Notes: generated by a model from the letters alone, not told the origin. A DNA stretch of 64,000 nucleotides from the human T2T-CHM13v2.0 reference genome, Homo sapiens (GCF_009914755.1 NC_060940.1), one strand, 5' to 3'; positions 1 to 31,119 are shown, numbered from the stretch's first letter. A program made the numbers and translations.

Positions 1-164
1 CTCCCCCGGGGCTGAGGCCTCAAGGAGTCACTTCCCCTGTAGGGGCCTCCTGGAAAAGAGCAAGGCGAGGCGGGAAGGGCCACGTGTGCTGCTACCGCCT
101 CCCCTGGGCTATTTCGGGCTCCCCTCGCTCGCCTCTCTCCTCTCCAGCTTCTCGGGCACCCTCC

Positions 165-445
165 TCCCTGTGTGTGAGTGCACGTGCACATGTGTGTGTC
201 TGTGCATGCATGCGTGTGTGCACACACGTGTGTCTCTTTCTCTGCCCACATATTTCTCCCTTTCTCCATCTCTGTCTGTTTCTGTCTCATTGCTGCTCTC
301 TGCATCTCTGTCCGGGTGTGCACCCAATGCGGTGCACGTGCCTCGATCTCCCTTTGCGTCTTCTCATCTCTCTCTGGGTCTCTGTGTCTCTGTCTCTCTC
401 CTCGCTCGCTCCCTCTGTATGTGTCTGCCTTTCTCTCTGTTGGTC
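165..445. repeat. (TG)/(CT)-rich simple repeat in GSG1L intron 1
   Basis: Degenerate TGTG/TGCA alternations followed by TCTC/TCTG runs. Confidence 0.8.
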
Positions 446-842
446 ACTCCTTCTGTGGTCCCCTCGGTCCCCCTCGCAGCCTCCCTCTGCATCCCTCTCA
501 GATTCTGTGTGTGCCACCCGCCCTGCGTCTGTCACCCCCCACTCCTCACAATGTCTGTGTCTCCTGCCCTCCTCCTCCCCTCCTCCCCCGTGGCTATCTC
601 TGATGCACACTCTGGGAGGCCAGGACATGGGACAAGGCTGCCACGGCCACTGTCCTCGCCAAGCTCCAGCCCAAATACCCACCCCAGCTCTGCTTCCAGA
701 AGCACCGACCCTCCTCAACCTCCATCACCTCCCATCCCCAGTCCCCACCATCGGGGAAGAAGGACGGCCCCTGAGAAGGGACCCTGCCCCCTCCAGGCAA
801 GCTTGGGGCCAAGTCCTCTTCCATATCTCACCCACATCGCCC

Positions 843-1126
<284 letters not shown>

Positions 1127-1614
1127 TTATTATTACAAATATTTTTACATAAAAAGAAAAACAACTGGGGGCTGGGAACTCAATCCTGTCAAGAGCAAAA
1201 CTCTGGCCTAGAAGTTGCAAATTGACGGGACAAGGGTCTACCCACCCCTCGAAAGTGTTTTATTTTGGCCTGCAGATCAGATGTCTTTAAAAAAAAATGG
1301 ATTTGCTGCCAAATGTGAACAATCAACAGATGTCATATAAAAACTGGGAGTTTTGAACAAAAATGGACCACTAGGCACTCCACGAGCCACCCCCTCCTGC
1401 AGTGAGAAAGCTTCTGGAACTACACAGCGGTTGCCCAGCCCCCGCAGGCCCCCTACTCCTTCCTCACGTCACTCTCGTAGGTTTCCAGGCTGGCCTCTGT
1501 GGGATTTTAGTTGGTGGCTCTGGACCCGAGGGAAGGTCCAGCCTCCAGGAGCCCAGTGGTCCTGGCTCTGGCCTCTGAGGGGTGGTGATTTCACCTTTGC
1601 TGCAGCATTATTCT

Positions 1615-2278
<664 letters not shown>

Positions 2279-2612
2279 TGAGACCAAAAGAGCTTAACCT
2301 GCACCGTCCTGAAGGCAGCAGAGGCCCGAGGTTGCAGCATCCTCACAAGACAGCTCTGAGTCTGGCACCCCAGAATTTAAACACGGGGGAGTGACCGTGA
2401 GCTCCCCACAGGATCCCACTAAACACCTCTCCTTGGAAATAAACCAAGAGAGGGAGCAGGGAAGAAAGAAGAACATCTGACAAGTCCACGGGAATGACAG
2501 GCACGGAGTAGAGAGCCCCGGCCTCTCGCTGCCCACAGAAGCCCTGAGAAGTCCCCAGAGCCCCAGTACATTCCACAAGTGTTCCCTGAGTCCCTCCTGA
2601 AAACTTAGTCCC

Positions 2613-3106
2613 TGCTGTAAAGACACATGCACAGGCGTGTTTATTGCAGCACTACTCACAATAGCAAAGACTTGGAACCAACTCAAATGTCCAACAATGA
2701 TAGATTGAATTAAGAAAATGTGGCACATATACGCCATGGAATACTATGCAGCCATAAAAAAATGATGAGTTCATGTCTTTTGTAGGGACATGGATGAAGC
2801 TGGAAACCATCATTCTCAGCAAACTATCGCAAGGACAAAAAACCAAACACCACATGTTCTCACTTATAGGTGGGAATTGAACAATGAGAACACATGGACA
2901 CAGGAAGGGGAACATCACACCGGGGCCTGTTGTTGGGTTGGGGGAGGGGGGAGGGATAGCATTAGGAGATATGCCTAAGGTAAATGACGAGTTAATGGGT
3001 GCAGCACACCAATATGCACATGTATACATATGTAACAAACCTGCACATTGTGCACATGTACCCTAGAACTTAAAGTATAATAAAAAATATATATTAAAAA
3101 AAAAAA
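2613..3106 (+). mobile_element. 5'-truncated L1PA (end of ORF2, 3'UTR, polyA)
   Basis: AAAGACACATGCACA...CTGGAAACCATCATTCTCAGCAAACTATCGCAAGG...GTACCCTAGAACTTAAAGTATAATAA plus A tail; degenerate TSD aaaa(t)ctt(a/g)gtccctg at ~2600-2614 and ~3103-3118. Confidence 0.93.
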
Positions 3107-4809
3107 TCTTGGTCCCTGTCACACGGTGCTGCCTCCGAGAGCCTGGATGAGCTGCCATGCTGAGTCCTACGGCATTGAAGTGTCAGCTCATCTAGGCTCT
3201 GGGGGCAGCACGATGTGACCGGGACAAGGCTTGTCCTCAGGGAGCCAGCGTCCCAGCAGGGAGATGGATGATAGAGAGAAGACAGTGTGATACGCAGTGG
3301 GTATGACCTCGATCAGAGCAGTGGGGACATCAGGGGTGCAGGGGAGTGCCGGCGGGCAGCAAGGCGGCTAATTTCAGTGGGGTGGTCCAGGAAGGCCTCA
3401 CAAACTGGAGGACATTTGAGCAGAGACTTGTACGGGGTTGTCTTATGGAAGAGTTCCTGGAGGCAAGGAACAGCAAGTACAAAAGCCTCGGCCTGTCAAA
3501 GAGCCGGTAAGGAGGCCGGTGTGGCTGAAGAAGAGTGACTGTGGGGGCAGAGAGGAGTGGGGAAGGGCAGGAGGCAGCAGAGAAGACTGCAGACTTCCTG
3601 GCAGTCCTTGGAAGGCATTCGACTGTGACTGAGTGAGGAAGGGTCCGGAGTGGGGAACGGGGGTGATCCGCCTCAGATGGAACAGGGAACCCTCCAGCCA
3701 CCGGGTGGAGAAACGGACCATGAAGTCAAAGCCAGGAGCAGGGGGAGCTGCGGGGCAAGGTGGGACGCACTGGGTTCTGATTGACCGGCTGGCAGGTTGG
3801 ACCAATGGACTAGGCATCCAAACTGAGGTTTGGAGGCCTGAGCTCCTAGAAGGGAAGGGCGGCAATTCGTGTAAACTGAGGGCAGAACTGGTTGGTGGGG
3901 GGGCACCGTGGATTCCCCCAAGGGGCAGCTCCACTCACTCCCATTGGGAGTACAGACTCCATCTGCCAAGTTTTCAAGAAAAGCCATAAATCCAGATGTT
4001 TCTATGAAGTGGCTCCATATTCAAATGTTGGCAACTTATTCAAAGACACTGGGAACACTGCAGGGCCAAACAAAACAGATACACGGTTCAGATGTGATGC
4101 ACGGGCCACCTGTCTGCAGCCTCGGGTCAGATGGCAGCAAGTCCCATTTACCAAGTGCTGGCTGTGGCCAGTGGAGTGCTGGGACCACGTTATCTGGATC
4201 AACCCCAACGATGCTATCATGGGGCAGATAGGATCATCCTCATGCCCCAGCCAAGGAAACTGAGGCCCAGAGAGGGCAGACTCCTACCCAAGGCCACACA
4301 GCAGCTGGCAGTAGTATGAGGACTAGAATCTGGACCATCTGGGCCCAAACCCTGTGATGGGTCATGGGACAGGGCTCTGTCACCTCCATCATCCACACAA
4401 AACACTCAACAAAACCTCCATTTTACACACAAGGAAAGAAAAGGCCAGAAAGAGAGGGAGTGTGATTTCTCTGAAGCCACTCAGTAAGTTGGCATCAAAG
4501 CCTGGAGCCAAACCCGGGGCTCGTGACTCCAGATGCAGTGCTCCGCCCAACGAGCCTGGTTGGAGGAACAAAGGGAGCCTGAGTGAGCTGGGCTGGGGAG
4601 ACTGAGGAACAGCACAGCACAGCAGGCAAGAGCCAGGCTCCGGAGCCTCCCGCCTGGGTGCACATCCAGCTTTGCCACTTACTAGCTGTGTGACCTTGGG
4701 CAACTCACTTCACCTCTCTGTGCCTCTGTTTACTCACCTAGGAAATGAGAGCAACCACGGCACCCACCTCGTAGGGCTATTATGCAGACAAAGGAAGTTA
4801 TACTTGTCA

Positions 4810-5105
4810 GGCCAGCCACAGTGGCTCACGCCTGTAATCCCAGCACTTTGGGAGGCTGAGGCAAGCGGATCGCTTGAGGCCAGGAATTTGAGACCATCCT
4901 GAGCAACATAGTGAAACCTCGTCTCTACAAAAAATACAAAAATTAGCCAGGTATGGTGGTGTACACCTGTGGTCCCAGCTACTCGGGAGGCTAAGGCGGG
5001 AGGATGCCTGAGCCCAGGAGGTGGAAGCTGTAGTAAGCTGTGCTCACAACACTGTACTCCAGCCTGAGCCACAGAACAAGACCAAAAAAAAAAAAAAAAA
5101 AAAAA
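4810..5105 (+). mobile_element. AluJ-like
   Basis: Dimeric Alu consensus with A tail. Confidence 0.9.
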
Positions 5106-6722
5106 CCATGTCGAGGAGTTAGAGCAATGCCTTCCATCATGCAAATCTTTGCCCAACAGATGCTCCCAACATGAAACACATCGAATATGACACTAACATA
5201 CTCCCAAGCACCAAAAACCTCCCGGTTGGGGACATCACAGGGGTCCTCATACTTGTGACACTGTAGCAGCATAATTTAGGGGACTGGGCAGAAGAGCTGG
5301 GGTTCTCTGTTCAAAATAAAGGAAGACAAGACAGGTACAGGGAAGGCTAGCTGGAGACTTGACTCTGAATGACAGGAGGGCAGTCAGAGGTGCTGTGCCC
5401 CACATCTAACGATGACTCGGATGCTGGGTGCAGGATGAACTGGGGAGTGGGGGTGATGGCAGAGGCGGAGAGATGGCTGCAGAAGTCCATGGGAGACACG
5501 GGTGGCTGTGGGTGGCTCAGCCCAGGGTGGCGGCAACACCGAGGTGGTGCTCCCCACTCCCTGCCCTACGTCACCAAATCCTTGCATCTCCGGCGGGTGC
5601 TAGCTGCTCTGATCCCCACCTACACAGTAGCCCTGGGAGTTTCCTGCCTGAAACCACGCTGCTAGTAAGAGGCTGAGCCCAGCCTTGAACTTCTACCAGT
5701 TCTACAGGGGAGAGAGTTTTTGAGTTTGAAGGAAACATGCTCCTTCCTACCCCAACGTCTCTGGGACTGTGGGAGGGGCCACCGCGGTGTGGGGTGTGTT
5801 GGCTCCCCGCCTGGGTCCTGCATGGGTCTTCTGGCTTCACACCCACCCCGTCACCACCCAGCCCTGGGACTGGTCTCTCTCTTCTCTCTCCAGTCTCACC
5901 TCCCTCCTGCCAGCCTGGCAAGTCCCCCAAGACCCCTCCACCTCCCCCCAATCTTCCCAAGCCACCCCTTTCCTGCGGCTCAAAAGCATACAGGATGAAG
6001 TCCAACGCATGTGGACGTCACCTGTGCTCCCAGCTGGCACAAGCTCCCACCTGCCCCACCATCGCCCCTAACCCAGACCTTCATTCTCCCCTCCTCCAGG
6101 CCTCTCCTCAGCCACCCCCACCACACTGACTAGAACGATGCTTGCTTCTGCTCCCCACCAAACCCCTCCCCAGCGTCTCAACCAGAAGAGAAATCCAATT
6201 TGTGTGAAGGGCTTGGGGTGACTCTGTGTCGAGGCCACGCTTCCCTTTCTGTTTGTGGAAGGACGCGGGTGCTCTTCTTGGAGCAAGGAGAAAAGGTTTC
6301 TTTGTGCAGGGTCTGGTGAAAGTGTGTCTGTTTAGGGCAGGCTGCAGTTTTCTTTGTGAACACTGTAGATTTTTAGTGTGGGAAAAAGGGCTTATTACAT
6401 TTCCCTGTGGCTGCCCGAGTGGGGAGAGGTTTTTCTGAGCCTAGAAAGGAATGGCCGAACAGGCAAACAGGCGTTGGAGAGGAGGGAACATTTAGCAGCT
6501 CCTTCTCACGGAGCGGTGAGGATCTCCTGGTTGGTGTTCGCATTTGGATGCACGTGAAACACACAGAAGGAAAGAAAGCTTTGCTGTAGTTTGATGGAAG
6601 GGAGGGAAGTTTAGCCTTGATGTATAGGGGTGGGGGAGGCGAGATTTTGTTCAGGGGGCTATTGGGATGTTTTTTTCCTCTTCGAGTAAAAAAATAAAAT
6701 AGTCACAGAACCCAGAGGAAAG

Positions 6723-6736
6723 GTTGTCATGGCAAC
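6723..6736. promoter_or_regulatory. RFX X-box motif in GSG1L intron 1
   Basis: GTTGTCATGGCAAC, 13/14 to the palindrome GTTGCCATGGCAAC, in non-repetitive sequence. Confidence 0.55.
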
Positions 6737-8849
6737 AAAAGTTTGAGGCCAGGTACTTGCTATCACCCTTTCAGGACCACCGTGGTGGAGAAGGCAGGAT
6801 TTTGGCACTGTAGGATCAGCTGCAGAAACCACCCCAGCTGGCTCCGATTCCCAAATTTCTCACCAGCACTGACAAGCTGATAACTATTTTCCAAGCTCTC
6901 AGAGAGGAAAATTGTGATTTTGGGGGAGGGATGATCTCCAGCCCACAGTGGCCAAGAGGAAACTGGGGGTTTCTTTTATTTATGCAACAAACTAACCATC
7001 CGCATTTCTAACTGAGTTTTGGGAGTGAGGGTCTTAACTGAGTCCCCCAAAATGCCAACTTCCCTGACCCCTCAACTGTACTATTCTCTTCCGCGATCCC
7101 TTCACTCTGATTTCTTTCTGTTCCCGAGAAGGTAATTCCAGCTCCCTTGCCAGAATCCCCTGTGAGCCTAAGTTCCTCATCTGAAAAAGCAAGTACCCTA
7201 GAAGTGTCTGCCTCAAAGGTGGCGGCCAGGATTCAACAAGATTCAGGAGATGAGAAGTTTCAGCAGGACCTGGTGAACGTTAAAGGCTCAATAAATGTTA
7301 GCCAACATTGTTTTTTAAATAATTTTCAATTAATAATTTTTTAAAATACTTAAATATCCCAAGTCAAGCCCTGAAAGAACTACAGGGAAATAATTGTAGC
7401 AAGTACTGGGACCGTGACCTTCAGGGAGCAGCCAACAGAGACTCCAAACAATTAAGAGGCTCAGCTGAGCAGCTTGGACCAGGACACTCCACAGAGGTAG
7501 AGACAGGACCACTCCGGTGCCAGAGATGCCTCATTGTATTTTCAGGTGTGTGCACAGAGGAAGGGAGGCAGAGGTGGTATCTCCCCAGGGCTGGGTCTCC
7601 TGAGCCTTGGAAACACCTTCTTGAACTTGGAGAAAGATGTACAGTAGCAAGATGTCTACCTCCAAGGACGAAGATGTTCCTGACAACAAGGTGTTACGAG
7701 GCCTCCGTGTGAGAGATTAGGGTTGGGCTGTGCGGAAGGCAGGGAATTTTGGCCAAGATGCCTTTTGAAGTTAATAATTTTAATTGCATCCCACAGTAAA
7801 CATTTGAGTCTTGAGTGTAAACCAGAAGTGGGTCTGATGGGATGAAACCAATCAGGGGCAGGTCCATATTCAAACACCATGTATCTCTGACAAACGGCCA
7901 GCCTGGCTCAAGTCACAGAAAAGTTTGGTCAGCCACCCCCAGAAGAGAGACAGAGGAGGCAGCACCGCAGGAAGCCTCCGGTTCATCATCCCAACCCCAT
8001 CCAGTATGCACCCGGCAAATGTTTATTGAAGACCTACTATGCGCTAGACATTACTGGGAGGCAGCAGTGAACAAGACCAACCGGGCTGGCCCTCACAGAG
8101 TGACATCCTATGGGGAGTGGGGACTATAAGCTAGTGACCAAAAACAGGCCCCAGAAAATGTCAGGGAGTGCCAAGTGTGGCAGGGAGATAAACGCAGTGG
8201 TGAGATCCAAAGATGGAGACCCTCCCTCCAACGGGGAGCTCACAAGGTTGTCCCTCCTCAGTATCCTGACATGGAAGGCAGGTGGGAGAGTCCCAGTGAA
8301 AGGAGCCCCTGAAGAAGGAGGTGGGGCGGGGAAGGGCATTCCAGACAGAGGATGCAGCCTGTGCAGAGGCCTGGAGCTTTTCACTGGGTTCGCTTCACAG
8401 CTTCCTCCCTCTGCCCTCTAAACCACTTAGGCCACTGGCTTATTTAGGGCAAACTAAGGGTGGAGGTCTGCTGTAACCCACCCTTGAGCACACACATATG
8501 TGTGGTGTCCACACTGAGGAGCTAGGCATGCAGGGAGGAGTTTTAACCTTGGAGAAAGAGGTCAATTCACTCAGGAGGGTGTCCATGCCTGGACACCCGC
8601 TCAGAGATACCACGTCTTTCGGGCCAGCTCTACCTGCTGTGTGGCACAACCAGCTGTCCGGCAGCTGTCCCCTGGGCCCTGCCACAGCCCGGCTGTCTGC
8701 CTCCAAAACACGCACTCCAGCCCAGGCTGCCTCTGGAGGGTAGAGGAGGGGGTCCAGGCAAAGGGGACAGTCTGATCTGCCTTCTGAAAAGTCAGTCCCC
8801 CACCGAACCTAATAGGAGCCTTGTGCTAAGCTAAGCCCTCCTGGACTCC

Positions 8850-10450
<1,601 letters not shown>

Positions 10451-11774
10451 CCCAGAGAGGCCCTGCCCCAGGAGACAAGGGCAGAGCCTGCTGGGGCTCC
10501 CCAAGAGGGACACGGAACAGCAGGACCCTGTCCCAGAAGGGGATCCCCAAAAGGACCCCCGCACCAGACCCTGAGAAAGGAGTTTTTCCAAAGGTTCTAA
10601 ACAGCAGAGCCTGCAGGGCTTCCCACAGCCAGGGAGCTGCAAGACCCCCTGGATAAGACAACCCATGCTGGACTTGGAGTGGCAGAATCTGTCAGGAGGC
10701 GCCCCTCCTGGAGTATTGGGTTATAGGGTTTGAAACGTTTTTCTGTCTCCTGGGTGTCACCTCCAGCATCTGGGAAGAGCTCCCCTCCAAGGATGAAACG
10801 GTCATCTGGGCTCCCAACCATGGCATGCAACTGCAGGAAGAGTGGCAACAGGGTACCCCAGACAGCCCACTGCACCCACCTGAGATCCCAAAGAGCAGAA
10901 CCCTAGGAGGGCCCATGCCGGCCACAAAGTTATTGCAGCTACCAGGCAGTGGTGCCCTACAGGGGCTGCCAACCCTGCTCACATGCACACCATGTGAATG
11001 TGGGTAGAATCTTCAAGATTCGGGTGGGGGCAGGGTGGTCAAACATACTGACTTTGGGATCAAGCATATCTAGGGCTTGACCAGCTGTGTGGCTTTGAAC
11101 AGGTCACTTACCCTCTCTGAGCCTCAATTTCCATAACTATAAAAAAGGGAGGACCCCCCCCCCCTTCAAGGTATATCACAGTGGGCTGCTGTAATGAGAT
11201 CATGGCTGCAAAAAGCATTTGGCACACAGTAGACTCAATTAATAATTCACTGTTACTGACATCTGAACCAAGATCAGTTGACCAAACTCAGACAAACCTC
11301 TTCAGGCTCTCCTGTGCAACGTGGAAACTGTGTGCAACCCCGTCCCCACCTCTGCTCTAAGATGACCACGCTCCCTGAACTCCCTTCGCGCTGCACAGCA
11401 CTTACTGCCCAGATGCTCAGGGCGTGCAACAATTAATTGCATGTTGATTATAAGAGCTCATTTGAATTCTGCCCAAGCTGAGAACTGCTCCGACAACCCC
11501 CGGCTTGCCGAGTGGCAGGCCTTGCAGAATTCAAGGTTAACCGATTATGAATTGCCTTACTCCTGTGGGTGAGCCGGCACCCACTGTCAGCTGCTGCTAA
11601 TCTGCCGGGGGGTAGGTGAGAGGAAAGCGTTGTGGGCAACGTCCCTGGTAAGAGCAGGCACGAAGGATGGCCAAGGGTCTCCAAACTTGCTTTTAGAGCC
11701 CTTTTCTGGCACTGTGCAAGAGATTCTCAACTATTTTGAAAGAGAGGACCTCCATGTGATAATGGTGGCATTGA

Positions 11775-12264
<490 letters not shown>

Positions 12265-12499
12265 TGAGCAGGGCTCGGTGACCTACAGCTGGGAACCCTG
12301 TCCTGCATGTTCAAAGCCAGGAGAGCCCAGGTGAGATATGTCTCAGGGACCACACTCTCTCAAGAAACACCTGAGGATGCACAGAGGGATTTGGAATTTC
12401 CATCTAAGATGCTCCTCCACTCACTGAGCCACCCACTGAATGCTCAGCACTGGGAAGAAAAGAGAACGTGAACAAAGTTCGTAAGAAAGAACATCACTC

Positions 12500-15890
<3,391 letters not shown>

Positions 15891-17584
15891 TAAACAGGGA
15901 AGTGGGTGATAAATTCCCCAAATGCATAGATGGTAATCTGTGCAGGAGAACAAAGAAAAGATCTACTGGGGGACCCTCACTGATGAGGGATTGTTATATA
16001 ATATATGCATGGACACTGAAACATTACACTGCACCCCAGAAATATGTAGCAATTATTATGTGTCAATTATAAAATTAAAAAGTAATTAATTTTTAGAGAT
16101 AACTGGGAAGGTCTGAGTGTTAATCCTGGCTCTGCTGCATCTGGGCTGCGTGTTTTTGGATCTGTTCCCAATCTCTCGCTCAGAGCCTCAGTTTCCTCGT
16201 CTGTGAAATGAGGGCGGGAAAAGGACACCAATATGTGTGGAGTGTCTCAGCACAGGAACGCATTTCCACACATGGTCGCCCATCTCTCGTCATTCTCAAT
16301 CCTCAAGGGGTTAGTCGTGTCCATTTTATAGATGAGGAAACTGACGCTGCTCAGAGAGGCTCCATCAATTGCACCAAGCCTATGTGACAGAAGCGTGGGG
16401 CACGTAGACAGAAGTGTCTTGGAGGGCTGACGGTTGGGGGGCACTCCTATCCCAGGGCCTTCAAGACCGGCCCAGGAGCTTTGATCTCACTCCGCCAGCC
16501 ATGAGGATCCAGCGACGGCTGGAGCAGGCGCACGACGCTGCGTTTCTGGAAGGCGGCTCTGGGGACCCGCGGTCGGTTGGATGGGAGGTGAGGCATCGTG
16601 GGGATGTGTTAGGAGGCTCACGCATAGTCCATGCCAAGTACTGAAGTCTGCTCTGAGCCATGAGAAGGAACCTCACACTTGTTCCCCAGCTGCGTTCTCG
16701 AAGAATCAAGCCAAAACCCGCCACACAAGAGCTTTAGTACATCTGCCAGAAAATGCTCTCAGAGGCAGGGACACAGCAGCCCGCAAACTGGCCCTGACTC
16801 CAACACCCAGGGCAGAAAGGAAATGCGTGACAGGTCACAGATAGGTTTGGGTGGGATAGAGCAGTAACAAATGAGATGAGGAAGAGTTACTCCTCAGGTC
16901 AGAGACTGCACACATTGATTTGGCACCGACTGTATACCATGCGCTTTAGCCAAAGGGATACAATTAAATCGACCCTTATGGAATTCTTACTAGATCTCAG
17001 CTGGAGAAACAGCTCAAGAAGTAGCAGGACAGTGGCCAGAGTCCAGGACCACCCGGGGTCCCCTCTACCTGTCGTGGGCCAGCTCTGTGTCATCTTCGGA
17101 TAAATGCAGTGTTCAGGTTAAAGCCCCACCGCTCAAAATGAGCCTTGGGGGTCAGTGACTCCCTTCCGTATTCCCCACGCTCAATGGGATTTTTCTCGGT
17201 CCTCAGGGGCTGCAGATGGTTTATTTTACTCCATTCCTGAGGAGGGAGAACGAGGAAGGTTGGGGAGAAAGGAGACATTATAAGGTGTCTCCTGCACCAG
17301 CCCTTATGGGGCTGTTTTCCTAGAGTAGGTTTCAAAGCTGTTGTTTTGCTTCCCTCTGCTGCCTCCTAGGGGCCAAGAGTGGGACCGCCAGTCTTGATCC
17401 CCTGGACCAGTAAGAGCGTCCCCTCCACACTCATCCATCCACCACCAAGACACGAAAACTGCCCAGGTGAGGGACTTGGGATTTAATGAAACGACTAAGA
17501 GCAGAGATCTCCAACTGGGCAGGAACATTTATGAATTACACAATGATGCACTAATATATTACGAGCTGTACATAAAGCATAAAA

Positions 17585-18099
<515 letters not shown>

Positions 18100-18139
18100 T
18101 ATAAAAACTAGGAATTCTTAACGGAGGACATGAAGATTA

Positions 18140-19423
<1,284 letters not shown>

Positions 19424-19644
19424 TTATGTGTTGGGCACTGTTGTAAGCAGACTCACGCACATTAACTCATTACATCTACAAGCAACCCTGTGAGGCAGGT
19501 ATGATTCCAGTCTTCTTTGACAGATGAGGAAACAGAGGCACAGACACGGCGGAACTGGTAAAGTGTTTTCAGGACCTTATTGTGACTGTGACAGATGATA
19601 CTGTCAAAGGGGAGACTGCTGATGGGACAGAGGGTACAGCATGG

Positions 19645-19998
19645 TGTATTAATCTGTTCTCACACGGCTAATAGAGACATACCCGAGACTGGGTAATTAT
19701 ATGGGAAAGAGGTTTAATGGACTCACAGTTCCACATGGCTGGGGAGGCCTCACAATCATGGTGGAAGGCAATGGAGGAGCAAAGTCACATCTTACATGGC
19801 AGCAGGCAAGAGGGTGTGTGCAGGGGAACTCCCCTTTATAAAACCATCAGCTCTCATGAGACTTATTCACCACCATGAGAACAGTATGAGGAAACCGCCT
19901 CCAGGACTCAATTATCTCCACCTGGCCCCGCCCTTGAAATGTGGGGATTATTACAATTCAAGGTGAGATTTGGGTGGGGACACAGCAAAACCATATCG
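19645..19998 (-). mobile_element. THE1 (MaLR) solo LTR
   Basis: 354 bp TGTATTAATCTGTTCTCAC...GACTCACAGTTCCACATGGCTGGGGAGGCCTCACAATCATGG...GGTGGGGACACAGCAAAACCATATC, the reverse complement of THE1B/C; 5-bp TSD CATGG at 19640-19644 and 19999-20003. Confidence 0.92.
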
Positions 19999-20626
19999 CA
20001 TGGGGACCCTAAAACTTGGGAACCAGAGCTTTCCCTACCCCCAGAAGACACTGTGAGTTCTCGCAAATTTGGGTCCAGGACTGTGGTTGTGGCACAGGCC
20101 ACAAAAGATACACCCAAGTCCCAGGCTATCACAGAAGGTGAGGGGCCCAGAGCTCAGTGGAAAAGGGTGAATTCTTGCTTTCACTGAGCACAGCCTTATC
20201 TTCCCTGGGTTTATGATGAAGACTTATCTTCTGAGAACCTTGTCCTTACCACACAGATGATCTGTTAACCAGCATCGGTGTTCACACACACACACACAAA
20301 CACATGTGCACGCACCTGCCTGACACTTCTTTTATTGATTCAAACTCCTAAGTAAAGCAAAGAGAAAGACAACGTATTCAACATCAAGTGCCATAGTGTA
20401 CTCAGTGCCTTACACACGTAACTTCATTTAGTCTTTGCAACTGCCCTGTAAGGCAGGTGCTCTTCTGTCCCCATTTTATAGATGAGAAAACTGAGGCTGA
20501 AAGAGAAACAACCTGCCCAAGGTCTAGCGGTCAACCCCAGGTGTGGCCCACCAATCTCAGGAGTCCAGAAAGCCTTAACTGAGCAGCGATCACCTCCAGA
20601 AGGGGCCTCCCCAGAAGCCCCCTTGA

Positions 20627-27730
<7,104 letters not shown>

Positions 27731-28279
27731 AGACTGAGTAACTGCTTTAAATAGGAGGCGGTCTCCCCTCTTTGCCAGAGCCCCCATCATGCCCTGTTGT
27801 CTTACATCAGACCTCCTTTGCTTATCTGCATTCCTGGCCTAATCCTAGAAGTCACTGGAGTTTTCCAGCCCTGGGTTAGGGTTTCAGCTCCAATGTGCTC
27901 TAGATCTCCACCCAGACCCCAATCCCAGGACCCATCCTCACTGAGCCTACAGCTGAACACATGCAGTGTGGTCAGGAAGTGGCCAGTGCCTTCCCGTGTC
28001 TCCTCTGTCACTTCAGCACCATGGCGTCGACCAGCACTGAAGGCCTGGGAACAACCTCCCCAGCCAGGCACCTGGGTGACCTCTTGGCCCTGCCCTCTGT
28101 CGCTGAAGATCTTGGGGTGAGACAGCTGCCTCCAGCAGTTTACACCAACCCTACTTTAATTCTCAGGGATTTTTGTTGCAAGGGGCTTCATCACAGTCTC
28201 TGGGCTACTTGACCGGAGCATCCAGCTGTCACCTCTAATGTCCCTTCAATCCTTCAACAAATACGGAGCATCTGCTAGA

Positions 28280-29245
<966 letters not shown>

Positions 29246-29294
29246 CCGGCTCTGCTACATTCCAGTCCCTGCCTGGGTGTTGGCCACACAGGGG

Positions 29295-29650
29295 TGGATT
29301 AGTTTCCTAGGCCTGCCGAAACAGATTACCGTAAGCACAGTGACTTAGAACAAGAGTTCATCTGCTCACAGTTCTGAAGGCCTGAAGTCAGAAACCAAGG
29401 GGCTGCCAGGGCCACCTCCCTCCGGAGGCTCCAGGCAAGAATCCGTCCCTGCGTCTCCCAGCTCTGGGGGCCAAGGGCATCCCTCCTGGAGGCATCCTCC
29501 AGTCCCTGCCTCGCCTCCTCCTCGAGGTGCCTCTCCTCTGTGTGTCCCTTAGGACACTTGTCACAGGATTTAGGGCCCAATGGATAGGACACTTTTTCAA
29601 AATAAGGTCACATCCACAGGTTCTGGGATGTGGATGTATCTTTTGGGGCA
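29295..29650 (-). mobile_element. MLT1 (MaLR) LTR fragment
   Basis: ATTAGTTTCCTAGGCCTGCC...CTCACAGTTCTGAAGGCCTGAAGTCAGAAACCAAGG...AAGGTCACATCCACAGGTTCTGGG. Confidence 0.7.
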
Positions 29651-29699
29651 GGGCACTCTGTAAAGTGGTTTCTTGCCTTCTAGAAGCTTCTTTTGTAAT

Positions 29700-31040
<1,341 letters not shown>

Positions 31041-31119
31041 AAGAACCCTAACTTGAAACTGCTATGATTAACTTCCTTTAGAAAAAGGAGGTATGGGATA
31101 TTGTAAGAGATCTTTCTTA

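Noticed and set aside
28012-28032. RE1-like half matches (TTCAGCACCATGG here; also ~34539-34559 and ~39476-39496)
   Set aside because: Each has only one good half-site; too weak without ChIP data.
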